From Sphingobacteriales bacterium (GTDB lineage: Bacteria; Bacteroidota; Bacteroidia; Chitinophagales; JADIYW01), in contig JADKIQ010000020.1 of assembly GCA_016721245.1 (NCBI GenBank), positions 21,694 to 85,693 on the forward strand: a DNA stretch of 64,000 bases, in the 5' to 3' direction. Under the pieces are notes generated by a model. The model was not told the origin of the DNA, searched no databases, and worked only from the letters and a program-made list of their open reading frames with translations. Shown here piece after piece: positions 56,783 to 64,000 of the stretch. Position numbers and translations under genes: made by a program. How positions within the stretch are numbered: position 1 is the stretch's first letter; the number at the start of each line of letters is the position of its first letter.

Positions 56783-57145
56783 ATGAATAAGAAGACAGTA
56801 GTAATAGGTGCCAGCGCAAAGCAGGACAGATACAGTAACCGGGCAGTTCGAATGTTGCAGAAAAATAACCATGAGGTGCTTGCACTTGGTTTTGAAAATT
56901 CAGCAATAGATAACATTCCTATAGAAACAGCCTGGAAAAATTATGACAACGTAGATACTGTTACTTTATACATAAATCCGCAACGGCAAAAAGAATATTA
57001 CAAATATATTTTAGATTTAAAACCCAAACGTATTATTTTTAATCCCGGTACAGAAAACCATGAACTGGAACAACTGGCTTTTGATAATAATATTCAGCCA
57101 TTGGAAGCGTGTACGCTGGTTTTGTTAAGTACCGGTCAGTATTAG
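56783..57145 (+). CDS. CoA-binding domain protein (YccU-like)
   Basis: 120 aa. KTVVIGASAKQDRYSNRAV..L...GHEV and a Rossmann-like pattern are typical of CoA_binding_2 proteins. Confidence 0.75.
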   Translation: MNKKTVVIGASAKQDRYSNRAVRMLQKNNHEVLALGFENSAIDNIPIETAWKNYDNVDTVTLYINPQRQKEYYKYILDLKPKRIIFNPGTENHELEQLAFDNNIQPLEACTLVLLSTGQY

Positions 57146-57219
57146 CAATATTTAGAATACTTTTTTACCTATATTAAACCTTTGTGCGTAACTTTAGTCT
57201 AAACAGAAAATTAAATAAT

Positions 57220-57732
57220 ATGAATACAGCAAAAAACTTTTTAGCAATTGCACTTTTACTTTTAATTTCTCTTCCGGCATTAAAAGCTCAGAATGATACT
57301 AAACTTACAACAGCGGCAGGACAACGGGTAAAAATACCTAAGAAAACACCTGAACAACGGGCAAAAATTTTAACTGATACTTTAAGTAGTGTGGTAAATC
57401 TGTCCGCAGATCAATATGAAAAAGCATACACCTCAAATGTAAAATTCTTCATTCAAAAAGAATCTGTAAAGGGTAATAAAAATTCAGGATTGGATGAAAT
57501 AAAAGAAAAGATGAAAGAAATTTCAAAAACAAGGAAATCAGAAATAGCAGGTATTTTAACACAAGAACAATCAGAAAAATGGACTGAATGGAAAAAGGTA
57601 AGAAAAGCTAAAAATGTAAACAAGAATGGTGAAATAAAAACAAAATATAAGAATACTACAGGTGAGCTGAAAAGCAAATATGATAGTAGACTTAAAGACA
57701 GTGCTTCTTTGGATGATATTGATGATATGTAA
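57220..57732 (+). CDS. secreted Lys-rich hypothetical protein
   Basis: Start at ATG 57220 with a signal peptide (MNTAKNFLAIALLLLISLPALKAQ). No known motif was found. Confidence 0.6.
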   Translation: MNTAKNFLAIALLLLISLPALKAQNDTKLTTAAGQRVKIPKKTPEQRAKILTDTLSSVVNLSADQYEKAYTSNVKFFIQKESVKGNKNSGLDEIKEKMKEISKTRKSEIAGILTQEQSEKWTEWKKVRKAKNVNKNGEIKTKYKNTTGELKSKYDSRLKDSASLDDIDDM

Positions 57733-57754
57733 TTCAAATTTTAATTTATAGTTT

Positions 57755-57783
57755 AAGCCATTCAAATCTGAATGGCTTTTTTA
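57755..57783 (+). terminator. rho-independent terminator
   Basis: Stem aagccattca/tgaatggctt with loop aatc and a T-run. Confidence 0.8.
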
Positions 57784-57828
57784 TTTTACAGCTTTTAAAC
57801 TTTTTATTTTTCGCTAAGTCTAAATAGT

Positions 57829-59247
57829 ATGCTTATTGAAAAAGATAAAATAAAACATTTATACAATCGCGCAGGTTTCGGTTTGTCGGTGCATGACTGG
57901 CAAACAAAAAATAACTGGAATAAAGTGCTTGACGATTTATTTAAGCCTTCGTTAACTTATCGTACCCTGCAAACAATTTCTTTGGCAGAAGTGGAAGCAA
58001 CTAAAGCAAAAATGAAAACGTTGCCCAAAGAAGATGCAAAAGATTTGAAGCAGTTGTTGAAACAAAATGTATTAGAATTAAATAATTTATGGCTGCAGGA
58101 AATGATAAACAGTGAAGCACAATTGCAGGAAAAAATGGCACTCTTCTGGCATGGACACTTTGCCTGCCGTTCTGCAAATCCATATTTCGATCAGCAGTAT
58201 CTGGATATTATCAGAGAAAATGCATTAGGAAATTTTTCGGCAATGCTACGGGAAATTTCTAAAACACCGGCAATGCTTCAGTTTTTGAATAACCAGCAAA
58301 ATAAGAAAGATCATCCGAACGAAAACTTTGCACGTGAAGTAATGGAATTGTTTACGCTCGGCAGAGGAAATTATACAGAACAGGATGTAAAGGAAGCTGC
58401 CCGTGCATTTACGGGTTACGCTTTTGATAAAACAGGAGAATTTAAATTCAGAACACAGCAACATGATTTCGGAACGAAAACATTTCTGGGTAAAACAGGA
58501 AGCTTTACCGGAGATGATATACTGCAAATCATTTTGGAGAAGAATGAATGTGCCTATTTTATCACTAAGAAAATTTACCGGTTTTTTGTAAATGATAATG
58601 CAGATGAAACTATCGTAAAACAATTAGCTGCACATTTTTATGCTTCGAATTACGATATAAAAAGTCTGATGAAAGAAATATTTTCTTCCGACTGGTTTTA
58701 TGAAGAAAAGAATATCGCTAATAAAATAAAATCTCCAATTGAGTTATTGGTTGGCCTATCACGTACAATACCCCTTGTGTTTGAAGATGAACAAAGCATT
58801 TTGTTTATTCAGCGTTCATTAGGGCAGGTACTTTTAAATCCGCCAAATGTGGCAGGTTGGCCCGGAGGCAGAAGCTGGATTGACAGTTCCTCCCTGTTGT
58901 TTAGAATGCGATTGCCACAAGTGATTTATTATGATAAAGATCTCGATTTCTCGCCAAAAGATGACATACCGGAACAGGGAATGATGCGCATGAAAATGAC
59001 AGATACATTCATAAAAAAGTTAGTACAGAAAAAACTTGGCGCCAAGTCAGACTGGACAAATGTGCTGCAGTATTTTTCTAAATCAACCAATCTTACAGAT
59101 GAGATTTCTAAAAGAGTTCTTGCAAAACAACCTACGGCATCAGCAATAAAATGTATTCAGAAAAATAAAGATACATCATCGCTGGAAAATGAAATTAAAA
59201 GTGTGATGATAGATGTATTGTCATTACCGGATTATCAATTGTGTTAA
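57829..59247 (+). CDS. DUF1800 domain-containing protein
   Basis: 472 aa. Contains WHGHF, NENFAREVMELFTLG and other segments typical of DUF1800, and is paired with a DUF1501 gene. Confidence 0.8.
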   Translation: MLIEKDKIKHLYNRAGFGLSVHDWQTKNNWNKVLDDLFKPSLTYRTLQTISLAEVEATKAKMKTLPKEDAKDLKQLLKQNVLELNNLWLQEMINSEAQLQEKMALFWHGHFACRSANPYFDQQYLDIIRENALGNFSAMLREISKTPAMLQFLNNQQNKKDHPNENFAREVMELFTLGRGNYTEQDVKEAARAFTGYAFDKTGEFKFRTQQHDFGTKTFLGKTGSFTGDDILQIILEKNECAYFITKKIYRFFVNDNADETIVKQLAAHFYASNYDIKSLMKEIFSSDWFYEEKNIANKIKSPIELLVGLSRTIPLVFEDEQSILFIQRSLGQVLLNPPNVAGWPGGRSWIDSSSLLFRMRLPQVIYYDKDLDFSPKDDIPEQGMMRMKMTDTFIKKLVQKKLGAKSDWTNVLQYFSKSTNLTDEISKRVLAKQPTASAIKCIQKNKDTSSLENEIKSVMIDVLSLPDYQLC

Positions 59248-59256
59248 AGGGATAAA

Positions 59257-60450
59257 ATGAAAAGAAGAACATTTATACAAACTACCGGCTTAGCTTCTGC
59301 TGCGATGATGATACCGAAATTTCTTAAAGCATCAGAGAAAGATACAGTAAATACGACAGATAAAATATTAGTTATTGTTCAGTTAACGGGAGGCAACGAT
59401 GGCTTGAATACGGTGGTGCCTTTTGATAATGATTTGTATTACAATGCACGTCCAAAAATTGCCATTCCCAAAAATGAAGTTTTAAAATTAAATAATCAAT
59501 TGGGATTGAATCCGAATCTTACCGGTTTTAAAAGTTTATTTGATGATGGTAAATTATGTTTGATTAATAATGTTGGATATCCGGATCCAGACCGCTCACA
59601 TTTTCGTTCCATGGATATATGGCATACAGCGAGTAACAGTAATGAGTATAAAACTACCGGCTGGCTGGGAAGATACCTGGATGAACAATGCGGGGATTGC
59701 GATAAGCCTACACAAGTACTTGAAATGGATGATACGTTGAGTTTGGCGCTGAAAGGTGCTAAGGCAAAAGGATTGGCTTTAAAAGATCCTAAAAGATTAT
59801 ACGGTTCCACAACTGATCCTTTCGTTAATCAGCTTTCTAAACAACATATGCCAGGCGACCACCAGCACGACAACGCGGAGTATTTGTATAAAACACTGGC
59901 AGAAACAATTTCATCTGCAGAATATCTTTATAATACATCAAAAATATTTCATTCAGCTGCTACTTATCCAAATCATCAATTCGGGAAAAGTATGAAAACT
60001 ATTTCGGAATTGATTATTTCAGGAGTCAATACAAAAGTATATTATGTTTCATTGGGTAGTTTTGACACGCATTTCAATCAGCAAAAAAGACAGGGAGAAT
60101 TATTGCAGCAATTATCAGAAACAGTTAAGATTTTTATGGATGATATAAAAAGAAATGGTCGAGCAAATGATGTGTTGCTAATGACGTTTTCTGAATTTGG
60201 CAGAAGGGTAGAGGAAAATGCAAGTTTTGGAACTGATCACGGAACGGCCAGTCAGATATTTTTAATCGGAAATAATTTAAAGAAAAATGGAGTGTACAAC
60301 GAAGCACCGAATCTGGCGGATTTGGATGACGGTGATTTAAAATTCTCGGTAGATTTTAAAAATATCTATGCTACGGTGCTCCAGAAATGGCTGCACACAG
60401 ATGATTTAAAAATTTTAGGAAACAAATTCAGTTCACTTGATTTTTTATAA
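59257..60450 (+). CDS. DUF1501 domain-containing protein (Tat-exported, sulfatase/alkaline-phosphatase-like fold)
   Basis: Tat leader MKRRTFIQTTGLASAAMM. Contains GGNDGLNTVVP, SLGSFDTH, FSEFGRR and GTDHG. Confidence 0.8.
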   Translation: MKRRTFIQTTGLASAAMMIPKFLKASEKDTVNTTDKILVIVQLTGGNDGLNTVVPFDNDLYYNARPKIAIPKNEVLKLNNQLGLNPNLTGFKSLFDDGKLCLINNVGYPDPDRSHFRSMDIWHTASNSNEYKTTGWLGRYLDEQCGDCDKPTQVLEMDDTLSLALKGAKAKGLALKDPKRLYGSTTDPFVNQLSKQHMPGDHQHDNAEYLYKTLAETISSAEYLYNTSKIFHSAATYPNHQFGKSMKTISELIISGVNTKVYYVSLGSFDTHFNQQKRQGELLQQLSETVKIFMDDIKRNGRANDVLLMTFSEFGRRVEENASFGTDHGTASQIFLIGNNLKKNGVYNEAPNLADLDDGDLKFSVDFKNIYATVLQKWLHTDDLKILGNKFSSLDFL

Positions 60451-60539
60451 ATAAGGATGGCGGCATTTAGCAGCCCTTGTTCACAACTGTTGAATATTCT
60501 TTAAAGTCCGAAATAAAATTACTATCTACTTTTATGTAA

Positions 60540-61267
60540 ATGAATACGCAGATAAAATTTTCAGCATTTGTATTAACGCTTTGCTTTCAGCTAATATCCA
60601 CTTTTGTTTTAGCCCAGGATATTATTGATATTGTAGATCCTTACGAAATGAAAGTATCCCGCTCAAAAGACGCAGATACATTTTACTTTTCTCAAAACGC
60701 AACTACAGCCCTTGCTGCTAAACAAAAACTGGATACGCTCAGAACATACGATGTTTTTCTGGAAGAGAGGCCAACCCCTTTTGGAACGGCATATATGTGT
60801 AATGGAAATGAAGTAACTAAACAAAAATATTTTGAATATAAAAAATTCTGGAATGCTTCAGGTGCCTGTAAACCATGCTTGTTGTATACATATGACGACA
60901 AAAATAAATTAAAATACACAGCATTTCAGTACGAAGACTGCTTGTGTGGCAGTTATGTTGCTTATTATCAGGATGGAACTAAAAAAGTAGAAGGACAATT
61001 TAAAAGAATACAACAGATAACTGGTTAAATTTAAAAGCAAAAAATATATGCAGTATACGCGATGGAGTTTGGACGTATTATACCTCAGATGGTGTTATTG
61101 AAAGAACAGAAACTTACATTGACGGAAAATTAAAAGATTCTGGCAATGCAACCAATAATTCCTCCGGTACATCTAAGTATAAAAAGGCAGCGAATACTGA
61201 ATCGGAAGAAGAGAATGAAGACACAAAAAAAGGATTGTTTCAGCGGATGAAAGACAAAAATAAATAA
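60540..61267 (+). pseudogene. secreted MORN-variant/YwqK-like repeat protein interrupted by one frameshift
   Basis: ORF 60540..61028 ends ..YYQDGTKKVEGQFKRIQQITG*. A second frame, open from 61004 to 61267, continues the repeat pattern (..NWLNLKAKNICSIRDGVWTYYTSDGVIERTETYIDGKL..). The shift lies between 61002 and 61025. Confidence 0.55.
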
Positions 61268-61315
61268 AGAATAATTAAGATTAATCACGTAGGGGTATGT
61301 GGTTTTTATGTTTCT

Positions 61316-61345
61316 AAATCCTGACTAATGTCAGGATTTTTTTTA
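61316..61345 (+). terminator. rho-independent terminator
   Basis: Stem aaatcctgac/gtcaggattt with loop taat and a T-run. Confidence 0.8.
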
Positions 61346-61470
61346 TTTGTACTGGTTAAACAAAATATCACCATAAATCATGATTATTTGGCACAATAAA
61401 CAATTGTTAAGAAAAATGTTATTGAATGTTAAGTTAATTTGTTTACTTTGTAAATAAAATTATAACAAGT

Positions 61471-64000
61471 ATGAAGTACGTAAACAAATTTAGTATGCTT
61501 TTGGCGTTGTGCTTATGTAGTTTTACCTTATTGGCACAAACAACGTTGAAGGGTAAAGTTACTGATGGTAAAGAAGCCGTAATTGGAGCAAATGTTACCA
61601 TTAAAGGAACAACAGAAGGAACCGTTACTGATATTGACGGTAACTTTGAATTAACAACACAACAGCCCACACCGATAACTCTAGTTGTTACGATGGTGGG
61701 TATGGCTACCTCTGAAATTTCAGTTGAAGGTAGTAAAGATGATTTGAGTGTTACACTCTCTGAAGAGACAAGCTTACTGAATGATGTAGTAGTTGCCGCA
61801 TCTCGTGTGGAAGAGAAAATACTCGAATCGCCGGTAACTATTGAAAAAATGGATGCAAAAGCAATTAAAACAGCTTCTTCCGCAGATTACTACGATGATT
61901 TGGCAAAATTAAAAGGAGTTCAGACTATCAATGGTAGTATGACTTTTACATCTGTAAATACACGTGGTTTTGGCGGTATCTCCAACACTCGTTTTGTTCA
62001 GTTGATGGATGGTATGGATAATGCTGCTCCTTTACTAAATTTCCCTACAGGTAATATTGTTGGTATCGGTGAATTAGATATCAATAATGTTGAGTTGGTA
62101 CCTGGTGCAGCTTCTGCATTATACGGTCCAAACGCATTCAACGGTATCTTACTAATGAATTCAAAAAATCCATTTGAACAACCAGGTTTCAGTATGCAAG
62201 TAAAAGGTGGTTTTGCTCAGGCAGACAATGGTTATGGTGTAAAACCATTGGGTAGTGCAGCACTTAGATTTGCACATGCATTTAAAAGTAAAAAAACAGG
62301 ACAGGATTACTTGGCAATAAAAGCCAATTTCAATATTTTCCAGGGTACTGACTGGTATGCGAATGATTATACAACCGATAGAAACCTAGGAACTCAGGAT
62401 AATGTGGGTAATCCTAATTTTGATGGTATGAACACATATGGAGACGAAAACAGAATTTTTGTTCCTTATGGTGCAATCAGAGGTAATTTAATAGGTGGCG
62501 CTGCTGCCAGTTTACAAGCTTCCCCTCTTTTTCAGGCAGCAGTTACTGCAGGCGTTACAGCTCAGGTAAATGCTCAAATACCAGCTATTACAGCAGGTGT
62601 TACAGCAGCTGTAAGACAGCAGGCTTTTCTTAATGCTCAAGCAGGTGGTGCAGATGTTGCAACTGCTAATGCTTTAGCTGATGCATTTATAGCTTCTCCA
62701 ACAGGACAAGCTACGATAGCAGCGGGTGTTCAAAATCAGGTTAATACGCTTATTTCACAAAATGTAGCTTCACAGCTTCCTATTCAGGCGAACGCACGTG
62801 CAACTTCAAAAGTTGACTCTATCAGTTCTTTACTATCCTTGGATTTAAGAAGAACTGGTTTAACAGAAGATAAATTAATTGATAATCACAAAGCAACTTC
62901 CGTAAAAGGAGATTTTGGTGTTTACTTCCGCCCTTTTAAAGATAAATCATATGAATTCTCTTATAACTACAGAGTAGGGTACGGTAATTCAGTTTATCAG
63001 GGAAGTGAGCGTTATGCATTGAGAAACTTTACTCAACAATTTCATAAAGCTGAAATTAAAGGAAAAGACTTCTTCGTCCGTTCTTACATGTCTCAAACAA
63101 AAGATGGTGATTCTTATAACATGACTGCTTTAGGTGCTTATACCAATGAAGCTGTATCTGCATCTTCATCACAATGGGTGCCTACCTATCTGGGAAATTA
63201 TGCAAACCCTTTAATTCAAACAGCATTGACAACATCTGCAGCAAATGTTTTGGCTAATGCAGCTGCATTAACTACTGCTTCTCACGATACAGCAAGAGCA
63301 AGAGCTGACAGACCATGGACAAGCCTTTCTGCCGAACAACAACAAGCTGTTATTGAAGGCGTTCGTACTGGGTTATTCCAAAGAGGAGGAGCAGGGTTTA
63401 TCGATAATTCCCGTTTATTCCATACAGAAGCAATGATAGATTTATCCCGCTGGACAAAAAAATGGATTGATATACAGATTGGCGGTAACCACAGAATGTA
63501 TAGCTTAGCAACTCAGGGTACAGTATTCAATGAGGATCCGGATGCAAGCGGAAACTATAAAAGAATCAAGATTCAGGAATACGGTGCTTTTGTACAATTT
63601 CAACGTAAATTCTACAAAGACATGTTTAAATTCCAGGCTTCGGTTCGTATAGATAAAAACCAGAATTTCAAATTGATTGTTTCTCCTCGTGCTGCATTTG
63701 TAGCAACATTAGGTAAAGACAGAAATCATAATATTCGTTTATCTTATCAAACTGGTTTCAGAAACCCGGATTCTCAGGCACAATACATTTATTTCCCTAC
63801 AACAAATATCTTGTTAGGTGGTACTAAATCTAATGCTGAACGCTATGGCATTTATAACGGTGGTGCATATACACAAGCATCTTACGATGCATTTGTAAGT
63901 TCTGTATTATCTGGTGCTGCTGATTTAACATTACTGAAAGAATCTAATTTTGATTTTGTGAAACCTGAACAATTACAAGTGGTAGAATTAGGTTACAAAG
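61471..64000 (+). CDS. TonB-dependent outer-membrane receptor with N-terminal carboxypeptidase-regulatory-like domain (partial; runs off the right edge)
   Basis: By manual translation the frame is open from ATG 61471 to the window end. Has a signal peptide, LKGKVTDGKEAVIGANVTIKGTTEGTVTDIDGNFEL, and a plug domain (ESPVTIEKMDAKAIK..VNTRGFGG..VQLMDGMDN..ELVPGAASALYGPNAFNGIL). Confidence 0.85.
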   Translation, partial: MKYVNKFSMLLALCLCSFTLLAQTTLKGKVTDGKEAVIGANVTIKGTTEGTVTDIDGNFELTTQQPTPITLVVTMVGMATSEISVEGSKDDLSVTLSEETSLLNDVVVAASRVEEKILESPVTIEKMDAKAIKTASSADYYDDLAKLKGVQTINGSMTFTSVNTRGFGGISNTRFVQLMDGMDNAAPLLNFPTGNIVGIGELDINNVELVPGAASALYGPNAFNGILLMNSKNPFEQPGFSMQVKGGFAQADNGYGVKPLGSAALRFAHAFKSKKTGQDYLAIKANFNIFQGTDWYANDYTTDRNLGTQDNVGNPNFDGMNTYGDENRIFVPYGAIRGNLIGGAAASLQASPLFQAAVTAGVTAQVNAQIPAITAGVTAAVRQQAFLNAQAGGADVATANALADAFIASPTGQATIAAGVQNQVNTLISQNVASQLPIQANARATSKVDSISSLLSLDLRRTGLTEDKLIDNHKATSVKGDFGVYFRPFKDKSYEFSYNYRVGYGNSVYQGSERYALRNFTQQFHKAEIKGKDFFVRSYMSQTKDGDSYNMTALGAYTNEAVSASSSQWVPTYLGNYANPLIQTALTTSAANVLANAAALTTASHDTARARADRPWTSLSAEQQQAVIEGVRTGLFQRGGAGFIDNSRLFHTEAMIDLSRWTKKWIDIQIGGNHRMYSLATQGTVFNEDPDASGNYKRIKIQEYGAFVQFQRKFYKDMFKFQASVRIDKNQNFKLIVSPRAAFVATLGKDRNHNIRLSYQTGFRNPDSQAQYIYFPTTNILLGGTKSNAERYGIYNGGAYTQASYDAFVSSVLSGAADLTLLKESNFDFVKPEQLQVVELGYK

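Overview
This is a low-GC chromosomal segment that looks like Bacteroidota (Flavobacteriia/Cytophagia-like), judged by TAnnTTTG -7 promoter boxes, T9SS sorting domains and an ACIII-type respiratory operon. Most of it is ordinary core genome. It carries pheT, a coiled-coil gene, zapA and rny. On the minus strand there is a sulfur-handling cluster: an MBL-rhodanese fusion, a rhodanese, a TsdA-like diheme cytochrome and a SoxB-like phosphoesterase. A long contiguous respiratory block holds alternative complex III actABCDEF, an aa3-type oxidase, cyoE, SCO1 and DUF420. Further genes include aroA, a Rieske oxygenase, an acyl-CoA dehydrogenase, dnaX, a DUF1800/DUF1501 pair and a partial TonB-dependent receptor. 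The accessory-looking part (39-55 kb) holds an AT-rich orphan gene and two giant T9SS cargo proteins, one with a type A and one with a type B C-terminal domain. The second giant gene contains six near-identical, mosaic 528-bp tandem repeats and is followed by a PorP/SprF gene. The most unusual observations are sequence-level. (1) A 30-bp heptanucleotide array, (CTCACGA)4CT, sits in-frame and sense-oriented in three unrelated housekeeping genes (pheT, aroA, dnaX) and always reads LTT[HY][DN]SRLTT. (2) dnaX is split exactly at the gamma/tau boundary by an A10 tract bracketed by stop codons in the 0 and -1 frames. (3) Cytochrome oxidase subunit II carries a C-terminal OmpA-like peptidoglycan-binding domain. 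(4) Several structured palindromic repeat elements share a common hairpin module. No rRNA, tRNA, CRISPR array, transposase or integrase was recognised.
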